Assembly (NCBI RefSeq): GCF_964355755.1
Contig: NC_092670.1
Coordinates: 9,166,201 to 9,230,200, forward strand
Length of the DNA stretch: 64,000 nucleotides
Direction of reading: 5' to 3'
Source of the DNA: Antedon mediterranea
Lineage: Eukaryota; Animalia; Echinodermata
Both the position numbers and the translations under genes were made by a program. Of this stretch, positions 44,801 to 59,800 are shown one piece after another. Numbering within the stretch: the first letter of the stretch is position 1; each line of letters starts with the position of its first letter. The notes beneath the pieces are model-generated. The model searched no databases. It was not told where the DNA came from and was given only the letters and a program-made list of their open reading frames with translations.

Positions 44801-47800
44801 CATAAGCCTTGAGCAAGAAGATTTAGGGTTTTGAAAGTAAGACAACCAAGTGGGTAGTGAGTCTTTTCTGAAGAGGAATGGTATGGGACATTGTTACATG
44901 ACTACTGATCAAATCTTAAAAAATTAATCCCAAGGCCAAACAAATTATTAATCTTTTAATCAATAAAAATGAGATTATGCTACATCCTTGATTAACTAAG
45001 TGTACCTTGTATCCTCTTCATGTACACCAATATAGTCTTACCAATTCATCAAATACGGAGTGTCCCTAAAGCTTGGTTCCCACTAGAACGTAACGCAAGG
45101 ACGTAAACACAACGCAAGCGTTTTAACCAATGACAAGCGAAGTTATAGAGGGTTAGCAATCACAAGCGAATAAGCCATCGCTTGTGATTGGTCAATTCAC
45201 TTGCGTTGCGTTACGTCCTTGTGTTGCGTCGCTAGTGGGAACCACGCTTTAGATTAACAGAACCTGTCATCTGAGGTGTATGACAAAAAATACACTACTC
45301 CACTTGTAACAATGAATGTGCATTATCTTGAGTTTATGTTTGTTATGTGAATGGATTGTCACCTATATAGATTTTGACTATTGATAACATTTTCTATTGG
45401 CAATATTTTGTATTGACACCTAATAATACAAATACTGTAGTAGCAGGGGTGGATCGAGTATTATAGATTAGGGGGTGCTAAATATTTCATAAATGACAAC
45501 AACGATCCGTCAGGTTGCAGAAAAATAAAAAAGTTAGGTGGGGTGGGGGGGGGGGGGGAGCTAAAAGCTAAAAGCACCTAAATCCGCCCCTGAGTAGTGT
45601 CAGTTACTGGACTAACTTAGGGTGAATGTCTCCAAAGTTGAATACCCCTTTCAAATAGCCTAGCAAAACTTTTGTGTAATATCATACAAATTGTTAGGTA
45701 AAGCGAAATAGGTGTCAATAAAATATATAATATATGTCAGTTGTCAGTTAAGCCATATGTCAGCCATATATGTCAGTTGTCCGTTAAGCCATATGTCAGC
45801 GCATATATGTCAGTTGTCAGTTAAGCCATATGTCAGCGCATATATGTCAGTTGTCAGTTAAGCCATATGTCAGCGCATATGTCAGTTGTCAGTTAAGCCA
45901 TGTCAGCGCATATTAGATTTAATATCATAATTATTAATAACTAAAATTTTATGAATGAAAATTAAAAATTTATTTATTTATCTGTCAATGTACAATTTTT
46001 ATTTAATTTTTAATTCAATTTTTGGTTTCTGGTTTAGTGATCACCTGTGAAGTTAAGATGATGTCAGAAATATCAATTCATAATAATTTTATCATATCAA
46101 GTAGCATAATCTGCATTAAGTCTACGTCACGGGTTATTACCATTAGCATGTTTACGTACAGTAGTTACGTTGGTCGCATTGAGCAGCCGTGTTGGTGTGT
46201 CTCCTTGAATAACTAGGTTAGACATAATCTTTGGATATTTTATATCTGATTTTGGTTGAAATGAAAACATTATTTTGGGGGAATTTCTAGTGATTAACTT
46301 AAAACTACAAATTAGCAAATTCAAGATTTTATTAATAATTTTTCATGTTTTTTGGGGAAAATACATTTTTAAAGGATAATAGAAGGTAACAGGTATAAAT
46401 TTCTGACTGCTAGCAGACGTTATGCGACTGAAATAAGGTATTAAAGGGGTACAATCAATATTATGCCACCTTACAGACCAAGAAAACCACTGAGGAGAAA
46501 TCATACTGATTAATTAGGCCTGTTATGTATAGAAATATCAGAGAGCAATTTGGCGTAAAATGGTGAGGGTTATCAGATTACAGTATTGAGACTCCTCCCC
46601 CTCATCCTTGGATTTAATATTATTCAATTTCCTGAAAATATACATAGAGTTTATTACGTAAATCTCTGATTCGTAATATCGTGTACCAAGCTCTTAAATG
46701 GTTTAGAATGGGTGACTGAGTCCAGTATGGTTAGTATAAAGGTTTCAACCTGACCATTTTTTCACAAAAAGGCCTTTGACAACCCAGTGGCCAGCACGCA
46801 GATTGTTTCTTCCTGCCACCACCTCACCACTTTATTTCTCATGGCTACATCGTTGTAGTCCGACATATTCTAAACGCAAAATTAAACAATTTTTTATTTC
46901 TAACCATTTTAAATATCAACACTATAACATTGCAACTACACAATTTAATTAAAAAGTAAGAATGGTTGTGAAAAAAACATGACTTCAATACTACAGGTAA
47001 TTTTAATTAAATTAAACGAGTCTCCAACAAACTGAATTATTAAATACTGACTTAATTATGTTAATTTAAATTGCATTACTATATAATTTAGAAAGTTGAT
47101 ATATTTCACAACCTTTTTGTCTACTGTGACGTTCTCGGTCGTTTATTGACGAGTGTACTTCAATCCATTATATAGAATTGAATATATATTATCAAATTAG
47201 ATAAAGATAAAAATGCAGAATGAAGAAATGTAGAGAGTACACACCTTTGGTGACAGTGGTTGTTTTTGTACTTTCTGGTAGCTCAGAGTGACTAGGATTT
47301 GTCTTTGTTATTTACATTATTTTAACAATAATAAGAATGTTCTCTTTCTATTTTAACTATTTATTTATTGCTTGTTACATTTTCCAGCCGACACTGTACC
47401 CTGTAAAACTCAAAGTTCACCAATTTAATACTCGTAACATTTTTTCTCAACTTTCTATCATCTAAAGTTGTAGTTAGTCATGCCTCGGGTTACATTCTAT
47501 GGTCTCCGTACAGGTAGGCTACTACATCAGTACTTCTATGAATGGATGACTAGCCGGTGACAATAACGCTAGTTGGTCATACACAGTACCGTTTTTGATT
47601 TTACGATCATTCGGGAAACCACCTCACGACGATTATACAGGAGGGAATTAACACAGAAAAACAACAGACAAAAATAAAATACAAGATTTATAGTATACTA
47701 AACCAAAGAACTTATAACACAATAAGCGCGTAACAATTTCGAAAGGCAATGTGGGATAGAATAGAGCTATGGGTGGCGCCATTGTGAGCCATGGAGTAGG

Positions 47801-50800
47801 GCGCCTGCATCAAATTAGAAAGTCAAAATCATAGAGGGGATCTGCTAATACTCTAGGGGCGTAGAGTAATTGACTGAGGAGTAGGGCGCCCGCATCAAAT
47901 TAGAAAGTCAAAATCATAGAGGGGATCTGCTAATACTCTAGGGGGTAGAGTAATTGACTGAGGAGTAGGGCGCCCGCATCAAATTAGAAAGTCAAAATCA
48001 TAGAGGGGATCTGCTAATACTCTAGGGGGGTAGAGTAATTGACTGAGGAGTAGGGCGCCCGCATCAAATTAGAAAGTCAAAATCATAGAGGGGATCTGCT
48101 AATACTCTAGGGGGGTAGAGTAATTGACTTCCTAGTTTGGAGGGAGCGCTGCTCCATGCTGTGAAATGGCGTCGCCCAGTTTGACCTTTTAACCCTGTAC
48201 TTCCGATACTGTGTTTTGAATGCAAATTGAAGAACAGGAGATTCTTGTGTTATAAGTTCTTTGACTAAACTACAATATAGATTAAAATAAATATAATCAA
48301 ATTGTACTTTCTGGTAGCTCAGAGTGACTAGGATTTTTCTTTGTTATACATTGTTACATTTACTATGTAGGCCTATCTTCTTTGTCTGAATATGATAATA
48401 ACAATAATAAGAATATGCTCTTTCTATTTTAACTATAATGTAATTTATTTATTCATTGCTTTTATCAATTTTCTAGCCGACACTGTAAAACTCAAGGTTC
48501 ACCACGAGAGAATTAATGCAGAAAAACAACAGATAAAAATAAAGAAACAAAAATAAATAAATAGAGTTAAATTAAACTAAAATATGTTTAAATAAACATA
48601 ATCAAATTATTTCTAAAAACATCTAACTCTGAAATCTCTCTTCTAACGATAATGGTTGCATCCATTTTATTAGATATTATTACGTATTATGTCTTTTTAT
48701 CTTTTAGGTTGTCGCTTCAGTCCGGTGTGTTCTACTCGTGAAGTATGTCGTGAAGGTTAGTAGTGTGATGATATTTACAAATGGAGAATTCTAGGACAGC
48801 TGCTTCTTATCTAGACAATTTCCCCCAGATCAATACACCTCTCCAGGACAAAGACCTCTCCAATCCCTCAAACCCCTCCTACCAAATTTGCATAAAGTAT
48901 GACAGCAGGACAGAAAGTCTGGATATGTAAAATAGAATGGTATTATCCCAGTTGACAATTGGGTATGGATAAGACAACTCAAAAAATATTGGTCGAATAC
49001 CAATTTCCTAATTTTTATGAAGACTTCTTAATACATTGTACTGTACATCGCACAAAGATTGACTTTTTTTTTATACAACATTGAATAATAATTTGTATGA
49101 TTTAAATCAGTATTGTGTAATATTTAAATTAGTACTGTAACAGTTCATTAGCTTTAATGACACCAAAATCAACTTCAAATAAGATTTGACCATTAAAACA
49201 TACAAATTATCGATAATTATACAGTTCGGAAAAACGCTGAATGTTTTACAATTTTTAGTTGTTTTTCAAGTAGTAGCTGCCTTGCCGGATTTTTCAAGAG
49301 TTTTTCCAACTATTTCCTTGATTGCCACCAAAACAAATTTCAAAATTGTCAGGAAAAAAAATTAGAGGTTTAGAAAAATCGAAGGGAGTCTTTACTCATT
49401 GTGTGATAAAATAAGGAATTTAAATGCAGAATTAGTAACGAAAAATACTTGGATTTATTACGGTTTGGTTTTGACTTTGACAGAGAGGTTTAATTAGTGA
49501 TGAATTGATATTCATATTTATTATATTATTACTTATTATAATGTTTAGAGATAGATTTAAAAGATTAAGGCATGTGCTTGTATAGAATGTTAATGATTTC
49601 AAGTGATCATCTTTTGACCATTACCGCTATCTCAGGATTACCTAATTATCATTTGAATCAGGATCTAATGATTAAACAATATTTTCTATATACGTGTCCA
49701 CACTGATTAAAATGTTGAACAATAGTGTATTTATTATGCAGAGCATGCTCATTAAAGTAGCGAGCATTCTGATTGGTCAGTGGATTATGCCCATGGCTGA
49801 CTGGCTTCCTGTTCATTAATGATAGATTGATGACAGTGTACCATTGTTATAATGGATCCCAAGCTCTTCAGCGAATTCTAATCATTTATTATTTCATTTC
49901 CATCTCTTAAAATCTTTTTGTAATCTAACTTGAATATAATTCTGTATAGAATCTATCAATTTGATATGTTATAATCATTAAAATCTCCTTTTTACAAAAT
50001 ACCGATTACTTTTATTTAACATTAGTATTTGTACAGTGCTATTGTATATCATCTATAATACACTGAAAGATAGTGTAGTATTTTAAGGAGAGACAATATT
50101 GTGAAAACTCTAGGAAAATAAGACTCTAAATCACAAAAACTTCATGGAATCTAGACTCTCTGTGACTCCAAAACTCTACATGTCCCCAACTCTCCATGAA
50201 GCTAACTCGACTCCATGATAGGCCTAATAGATACAATGTATGTGATCCTGGGGACTTCAAGGGAGGTAGACACTACAAGGAAAATTACACAATAAAATCC
50301 AGAGATTAGAAGGGAATCATTGTGACTATGCAGTAGGTGATTCTGGGGATCCAATTGAGTCATAGTCAGGGAGACTACAGTACCTGCAGTACAGTATGTG
50401 ATTCTGGAGACTACACATTAATCATGGAAATTCCATGAAGAGAATCATTTAGACTTTATAGAGTATAAGGGAATTATGGAAACTCCAAGAGAATCCTATG
50501 ATGCTGGTTACTCCATGTATTTCACATTGTCACATGTGAAATTATATATTACATAATTTGTTTATGCTTTGACAGATAATATCATACTGGAGACAGTGAG
50601 TATAGAGAACAGGTGCTTAAGATGATTTTTCAACATTCCAAAGAGCCTCCTACATGTTTACATTGTTCTCAGTATATACTGTATACTCTTTTATGCTTTT
50701 ACAGTGCTGTATATCCACATACAGTACTGCAATATCTACCCAGTATTTGGTTATACAGTATCGCATTTGTATCACATGCGGTGCCTGTAGCATGTAAGTT

Positions 50801-53800
50801 TAGGATATGGGTTAGGTTATGGTGTATGATATTTAAAGATACATTAGGAAAAACAGGTAATATTGTTGTATTACCAAATATTCCTATGATACTGGAGAAA
50901 TCTAGATACAGAATCTGGTGCTTTTAAACTTATAACAATTGTTATTTTTTATTTTGATTATAGATAAATTGTTTGGTACGTGCGCACATCGTTCAGCCTC
51001 AGTCTATGCCTACGACCTCGATCCTACAGGGTATATTCAACTAAAAAATGCGATAGAATATTTACTATCTCGAGGGTATGGCTGGCATAATCCTTTTGCC
51101 CAGGTAATACTTGTCATTAGGATTATCCAAATTTCTAGCCATTTCAAGAAAACATGTAAAGAATACTTTCATGGCGTACTGTAGGTACTTCATATTCATG
51201 GCTTCCTTCAGTCGCAAATGAACTGTCATATTCTATTTGAGTATATTTACAACAGACAATTGCCTTTGAATATTACTGACGAAACTACAGAATGCTCATA
51301 GCGGCTCAGCAATAAGGCTGAAATATATGATATAAAATGGTTTAAAGATTTTAAGTTTTGCAAAATATTGAGTTTAAACTAGGATGTTTATACAGTAGAA
51401 GATAAATGTGAAGATATATATCAAATAAAAATTATAATTACTAACTTTTTATAAGTAATAATACTTTTCTTGTTTTCCAGCACTCTTTGAAGGTTGTGTT
51501 AAAACCATACCGACATGAATTAGATTTATACAGTGATAAAAAGCCACCCCTTCTACCAAACGATTCAGATTTTTCATCCGCTGGTATGAACATTATCCTA
51601 AATGATTTGGAAATGTTAGAAACTGCAGAATATGAGAATAATTTAAGAGATAACAGATTAGATGCCTCTTATAACAAACCCCGTCAACAGAAACCCAAAA
51701 AGAAACCACCTCATCTACATAAGTCGAAGACCGATGTAAATAAAATGTCTGATGCTCTTCAAGAGATGTATTATGAAAAATATTTAGAGTATTTAGAGAA
51801 AGTTGCGTTAGAAGAAGAAATAGGTAATATTTACAATGAATTCAGTGTGAACGAGAAGACAGAAGATCAACAATGGCAGATGGATGGCACAGAAGATCAG
51901 GAAGCAGAAGCTGATGAAGCTTGGATGTTTGAAGACATTACTGAAGATGACCAAGGGAATAACTGGATTAAAGAAGATGTGGAAGTGAAGGATGAGGAAA
52001 ATGTTGAAAGTGTCGTTTTTGAGGAAAATGATAAGCAAGATTATGATAGAGAGTCTACCAACCAAAACAGTATTAATGTTCAGAACCTGTTAAATGGTAA
52101 GGTATTTGGTTTACAACTTTGGCACTTTTACAGGGCATTTTAAAGAACGAAGTGCCTTTGATGCAATAAGCTTTGGTTAAAGTTTGAAATAGCATAAAAA
52201 AACAGAATATATATATTTTTTGTTTGCAAACTGAAAGCATAAATCAGACAAAAGTGCTGAAATCTTCAAAGCAACCAATCTTGTGCCTCTCTCAAAGATA
52301 GTGAAGATTCATGAAGATAATGAACAAAGCAAAAACTTGTTTTTGTAGATTGTATTGATATTAAGAAATATAAAGTGACTAGACAAACTTCTTTATGAAT
52401 GTAAAGCTCAGCAAAGATCATAAAGAATATAATCTTCAAAAACAAGTTTTTGTTTTATTCATTATCTTTATGAAATGGCAGTTCTTTGTGGTTATCATGC
52501 TTTTCTCAAGATTAAATTCTGGCTCCAGGATTGTTCTAGTGGCATTTATGGAATAAATGTTTTAATTATTTTACTTTAAAGATCTTTCATTGAAAGATAT
52601 ACAGACGTTGATGAAAAAGTTATACGAATCATTTGCTGATTTTGATCCTACATGGTGGGTGCAGTTGACGGAAGATGAAAAGAGTTTATTGTTAGACCAA
52701 GCTTTGCTAATTCTACTGGATACTTACCCATCACTCACACCAAAACCTATCACAGATGTGGAAATCTTAGAAGATTCTGGTACAGATGGAATAGCAGATT
52801 CAATTGAGTTTACAGAAAATGGAATGATAGTGGATGACCAACAAGAGGAACTATTTGAACCGCAGCTGGAACAACAAGATGCTGGTGAATATGTTGTTCC
52901 TGACAAACAAAGTGAACCGACTGTTTCAATACCTAGGAAAATACATCCAAGACCAACAGGCAAGTAAACAAATATTATTTATATTTTAAACACTATTTAT
53001 TGTTTTTGTTATTTTGGAATAAAAGAAAGATGGAAAAGAATTATAGATAGAAAAGAAGAAAACTCTTGAATTTCTAAAATCAAGGCACCTCTGGTAATTG
53101 TGTACTGCACTGAATATTATAAATATAAAATACCACATTAAAATGGCTATAGAATATAAGACATGCTTTAAAGTGAACACTTTTTTTTGCTGTGGCACCT
53201 GATTTGGTGAACTCAAAATATTCAGGATAGATAGAAAATTAACCATGGAATTTTATTAGGAAAATTAAATGCTGTGAAATAATAGGGGTTGCAAAAATAA
53301 TATGATATCTTAATCAATAGCATTGTTATATAGAAAGTTGTAAGTTATTTGTACAACTTTCTATAAAACAGCACAATTTCAACAGCTTAGTACATAAAAA
53401 ATTACATTTGATGACATAAAACCTGCAACACAATACAATATCGTTAATTAGTACATCATTCGTTATTACGTGCAAATCAGTTTTCTCCCATAAAAAGTAT
53501 CCTTATGAAAATGCAGCCTTTGTTATTCTCTCTGTTTGGCAATAATTTCTGGGAATCCAATTACCATGCGAATGCAGGCTTTCATCTTTGAATATTCTTT
53601 CGAGTGCTATATAAATAAGATACTTGTCTTGCACTAAAAGCATTACCTTGGCAACAGTAACAGTGATTATACAAACTCTTGTTTGACTGTAAATAGATAT
53701 TAAAAGCACATGTGACAACTCCAAGGCTCGGATTAGGAAAATGTATACTTGATAAATGATCCATTGTATTATGTGACTGTGTTTTTAATGTAATTGCAGC

Positions 53801-56800
53801 AATATTTACAGTAGATGATAATAGTATTTTCCTTCCAAGGCAACTCATGGTTATAACAAAGATAAATAAAAGGAGAAGATACAACAGTTCCGTTGGCGGC
53901 GTAAACCACATCCGGGTTACTATTTGCCTACGCCTGAAGGTGGCGCACTTCTTTTTCGCTAGAAGAAGTGCGCCGCCTTCAGGGTAAGGTAAAACTATCT
54001 ATAAAAATGCAAACGATGATTATTTATCAAAATGATTATCAAAATATTAATAATATCAAAATTAGTAGAGCACAGACGCGAGAACACATCAGATCATCAC
54101 GATCCATCCAAACGTGGAATTAGACGGGAACCATATCTAGAGCCCGCCGTCGTTCCGCTGCTGGATTCTTACGCGTCCATGAAAGCACGTCCGCGTTTCC
54201 TATCCTTCTATATATAACAGCGCGTACTGTTGATTCTTTACCTATTTATATTCTTTGGTTATAACTAGAAACATCTTGACAATTGTCTTAAAGCTCAGGC
54301 ACTCGCTTATAATGAAAAATGCACTATTGATGTCACATGGCTTCAATAGAGTATTTATTGAATATCATGTGACCCACTCTAATCAAATGCTAAACTATCA
54401 AACTTTATGTGACAAAAAAATGTGATGTGCCCATGGATGGACATGGATGGTGTTGTATCACTACCATATTTAAGCATATCACTACCATATTTGAGCACAT
54501 CACACTTTTTGATAGTGTAGACAGAGCTTTAGGCTATGTTCAGACTGACAGCATTTTGAGTCAATGAGTTCACACACAATAATAATTTACTTTCCTATGC
54601 TGTGTTTTTTTGAGTATCATACTGTCCTGGACATGCCATCTGGTCTATGCTATAGAACTCCATACATCCCATACACGATCAAGAGCTTCTTTCTGTCTAC
54701 CATTAAGGCTCGATCAGAATGCGTAGTTGGTATCTATAAGTCTATATCGTGCCTAGCTTACCTGTATAAACCGACAATAGCCCGTTCTCTCCAGAGGGAG
54801 GGCTTAGATACGAAAGTGAAAAGTTCCTAGAACACCCCTGTATTATAATGGACCCGTCCGCAACCACGCCCTCATGTGGGAACGTACCAACGTACCACCG
54901 TCATCATTTTCTTTCGTAACGTGAGAACGTTACGACGTGTGAGAAAAGGATACGCTAAGTGTTAGTAGTTGGTATCTATAAATAAATGTGTTATTCATAT
55001 TGTTTTTCGAGCTGTTATAACTTAATTGTAGGTTTATACTATTACAATAAATTTAATCTAAATATCCGTAAAGAACAGCCATGTTCGATAGGTCCATTTA
55101 ATTATAATAATAATAATTTACTGTACTGTAATGTAATGTAATCTTCAGTTTTGTTAAATATCTTTACATATAGGCTGTTTACAATGTATTGTTTTTTTAT
55201 ACAAACTGCAACGACATCCTCACAATTTCAGCCTAGATCTAAGCTGTAAACAAATTAAATTGTCAAATTCTAAAATCAATTGTAATTAAATATAGTGTTT
55301 CTATTTAAATTATTTTCACAATCAATTGTGTTTTATAGCAAAACACCAATTCCGCAACAAAAGATATTTACTGTAAATATCGGTGCAGACTGTTGATGTG
55401 ATTTCACAATGACGTATAATACGCATTAAAAACACCCACACTCAAATACACGAAACTAACCCCATATCCGACACACCCACTCAATAATACTTCAATAGTA
55501 ATATACTTAATCAATAGTAACTAAATTAAAATTCATTTCATATTTTAGTATTGTACATTATAATGCTTTTCAAATACTGTATGTATTTTACCATTGCATA
55601 ATAAATTATCTTCCTAGAAACAGTGAAAGAAATATCGTTTCTTATTGTCAACCAGTTTTAATTTGGTCGCATGTGAGCACTCAACCTTTAGAGTAAAATT
55701 AAAAATACTCTATTAAGAGTACATTATAATACTTTTCAAATACTGTATGTAAATACTATTACATAATAAATTATCTTCCTAGAAACAGTGAAAAAAATAC
55801 CGTTAATTTGTCAACCAATTTTCATTTGGTTGCATATGAGCACTCAACCTTTAGAGTAAATTTAAAATACATATCTCCTTAAAAATTGTTAACTAATTAG
55901 CTTTGTTTAAATGATCATTAATTTAATAATGTTTCTGTTTTTTTAGAGTTTCTGATTTTCCAAATCTGCTCATTTTCGATGAATTTCTGTATTTGGGAGA
56001 ATTTTGATTTTCCAAAGAGTTTCTGATTTTTTCTGGGAGTTTCTGATTTTTTCTGGGAGTTTCTGATTTTCCAAGAGTTTTTGATTTTCTAATAGTTTCT
56101 AATTTTCCAAGAGTTTCTGATTTATTTATGTGCTTTCATATTAATTATTTTTTTAGAATATTTCTGATTATTATGTAATTTATACAGCAGCTATCAAATT
56201 TAGGGGTTAATTTATGAAAGTTATCACAGTCAAAAGTTTACATTATAATGATCATCACCCAATTCACACGGGATGTATTTGAGCGCTTGATCAATTCCTT
56301 GTCTTAAGTTGCAAGTGTTGTGTTACAAATGATCATCAAATGTCTGAACTCGTTACACATACTTCATTCGGTACAAGTGCGAAAAATCCTTTTCAGGACA
56401 GGTCACGTCAGTCAAGTTCGATGTTCATTGTTCCCATCATGCCAGCTATATTTTGTTTTGATCTGTTACTTTTTTGGGGTCTGTAGACCTATAGGCCAAG
56501 ACTAGAGGCTTACGTAACCAATGATCTCCCTCTTTTCCTAAAACCTTCTTTCAGTTTGATCCTATAAACAAAAGCCCTGCTAGACATTGATTTTAAAAGT
56601 AGAATATTCTGTTCAAAACAAATAGATAAATTTTTGCTGTAATAAAAGGATGGGATAATAATTACTGTAGAACATAGAGTACAAGGTTTATGTATTGATA
56701 AATTCTTACCTGTATATATACTTGTCTTATTCAATTTAACTTTTTTCTAAAGATTTTATCTAAAAGTAGAATATTCTGTTTATTTAAACAAAAAAATAGA

Positions 56801-59800
56801 TGAACGTTGCTATAATAAAAGGATGGGAAAATAATTACTGTAGAAGCTACAAGGTTTATGTATTGAAACGTTCTTACCTCCCCTATACTTATTATTCAAT
56901 TTATCTTTTTTCTAGAGATTTGATTTATCTTTTTTCTAGAGATTTGATTTATCTTCCATGTGAATAGTGAATGCGCATTATCTGATAGGCATAATAAAAA
57001 TTTATCATCAGTTTAGAAAAAGCAGTAAAATTCAAAGGTTGCGCGAGAAAATGGAGCACAAGATCAAAAAGTGTGATTATCCCTGCAAAAGCGGGACACA
57101 TGGAATCTGTGTCGTCTTCATGAAATACGTTGCTTCTACTAAAAGTACAGTTTATAGCACAATTACAGTAGTACACAGTATGGTTAATGTATAACTACAG
57201 TAGGTAATATTTGTGTGCCAAACCTCTGTTGTGTACTGGCAATAGTAAAAATATAGCAATATAATAATTATTTTATAGTAACAGTAGTGGTAACAATAGG
57301 CCAACTCCAATTTAATAACCACATTTTGATCCTATTGTGATACAGTATTTCTTATATTCCTGTTATATATTCCTTTTACTATACTGTAGATACTTAATAC
57401 AATATGTACCTGCATGACCTAAACTACATTATGTAATCATTATATAGTATAAAGGTCTGCAATCGATATTGATAAAAATGTTATAGATGAGTGAGATGAT
57501 GAGTTTTATTTTTTATTTAACTATGAAACAATTGTCACTCATGTGGACTTTTTAAGATTGATTTTACAAGTAACCAAGACAAGATGATTCATCAAGTCAT
57601 GATTGGTCAAATTAGTTGCCTTGTGCTTACATCCTTGTACTTACAAAGTGACCGTATGGGATATATTTTTATAGATTGTCATCCTTTTTTTTTAACACAA
57701 GCAAACTCTCCCAATCCTTTCTCAAGGTTCAAAAGGTCCTAAATTTTTGTTAACATTGAAATTCCGAATACCACAGCCCAAATGCGTCCAGTATTGGAAG
57801 AGTTGACTAGTATAACATTTTTTTCTGCATAAAACTCTTTGTTCCAGAAGCATCTAATTTTGGTACAAAGTAAATGTACATTCTGTCCACATCAGCTCAT
57901 CTTTAACCTCATTATTAATTTTGATGCCATCTATAGTTCATTCAAAAAACCATTTCATAAGATGTTAAAAGTTCAACTATCCATCAATCTTTGATAAGTA
58001 TTTACTAAAGTGATCTTATGTTTCTTGAATTCCGGCCGATGTAATGGAGCGGGAATGATAAAGTAAGATTACCATCTTTAAGAGAGCAATTTGTCAAAAT
58101 AATTATTGAGGAGAACAACATGAGAAAGTGTGTTTTTGATTAACAAAGCAGATCTGAGTAGAACATCTTTTTTGGAATACAGGGTCACCCCTATTAAGGG
58201 GATACTTTCACATGACAGGAAGAGGGAGAAATGTATGTTTTAACACTATGTCCAACCCCTATTCAGGCAACGCACCTATCAAGGGGACATTTTTTGGGGT
58301 GTTAATACCCAGGAGGCTATAAACACCTACAAACTAGATATGTTACATGTACACACATTATAAAAATTTCTGTGAAAAGTGCAATGAAATAAGAAAAAGT
58401 TCAAATCAATTATGGGAGGAAGTAAAATGTTATGTCCTGTTTCACCAAATATAAAATGTTGCATTATTTAACGCATCTATTTACAGGGAGTGTTAATTTT
58501 TATCATCTGGAATAATGTTTATTATAAAAGAAAATATAAACAGATTTTATCTTAAAACATAGATTTTATACCTAGAGATGATTTTTTTTAGACATAAGCT
58601 ATTATCTCAGTGATTTTCGAGTAATTAGAAATATTCTAAATAAGGCATTGTTGTTTTCATAGCACCATTATCATTAACACAGCTAAATTCTTCATCACAG
58701 CAATAATCTTTTGCCTTCCCAGGTGAATTTCAACCGATTTAATTGCAATTATTATTTCGCTTGACTCGGCACTGAAGAAAAATTTGATTGCCTTCGAAAA
58801 CAACTTGAAAAACACATTTTCAAGTGTTAATTAGTGGAGAGTATTTTAATGAGAATATTATGTTAATTGTACTTTTGATGATGATATTGCATAATGTTGT
58901 ATGGTACTTAAAGAAACAAGGGATATTTATTATAGACATACAGTACAAGGATATAGATATTACTATAAAGGAAAGTATAAATCGAACCTGAAAATGTATT
59001 AATTTTAAAATGATGATTATGAAATCTGTGAGAACGATCGAAAAGAACAAGATTCAAAATCTGAAACTGCAGATGTCTCAACCATTAGACCACTGGGGTT
59101 TTCATGGCATTGTCCTATTGGATAGGAACTCTTTAACACCCTCGGCATGGTACAGTAGAACAGCGCTAGCTCAAAATCATATGCGCACGCAAGAGATCAA
59201 ATTGATACGCCCTCAACTTTTAGTATATTAATTCACAAAGCGGTTAAATTTACTAAATAAAAGAAACCAGTTTTATATTACCTTTCGTGTAATAATAATA
59301 ATTTTGAAAAATATCTATTTTGGCACAATGTATTTCACAGAAATTATAGATATTGTAAATATAATAAAGATTATATATATTAAATTATATTATTTAAGCG
59401 ATCAATGAATTCAAGACTGTTAAAAATTACTTATTTACTTCAAAATATATAACGTTTATTCTACTATAATATTAATAATGATAGCAAGATTTTTATTACA
59501 TCTCTAATGCATTTGTCAAATGGATCGTGTTGAATGAATCCCATTCAATTCAACATGCATGCTTTTTAGCGAGCTGTTTGTCGTGCATAATGATTTCGTT
59601 GCCATGGAAATCACTCCATCATCTCTAATGCATTTGACATTTGTACTGTTAATAATAGTGATGTCATGACTGACTAATTTCCTAGAAGTCGATGACGTAA
59701 GACTATGGGCCAAATATAATAAAGATTTTGAATCAACGAAAACAAATATTTAAATAGATTTGTGGTTGTTTCTTGCTAAATTTAAGGTATTATCACATTT

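Noticed and set aside
45729-48129. Tandem arrays as CRISPR-like loci
   Set aside because: Units are contiguous with no unique spacers; eukaryotic context and no cas genes.
49802-49817. 16-bp match TGGCTTCCTGTTCATT shared with the peptide-gene promoter (5310-5325)
   Set aside because: A few 16-mer matches are expected by chance in 64 kb of AT-rich DNA, and there is no flanking similarity.
50315-50372. miR-153-like sequence (TTGTGACTATGCA, complementary to miR-153 nt 2-14) in the PTPRN-like gene, whose vertebrate orthologs host miR-153
   Set aside because: The match is antisense to the host, lies in a degenerate repeat and has no proper hairpin with the mature sequence. A real miR-153 would be expected in a later intron beyond this window.
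57700-58080. Coding-like minus-strand stretch
   Set aside because: Multiple stops and no recognisable motif; cannot assign.
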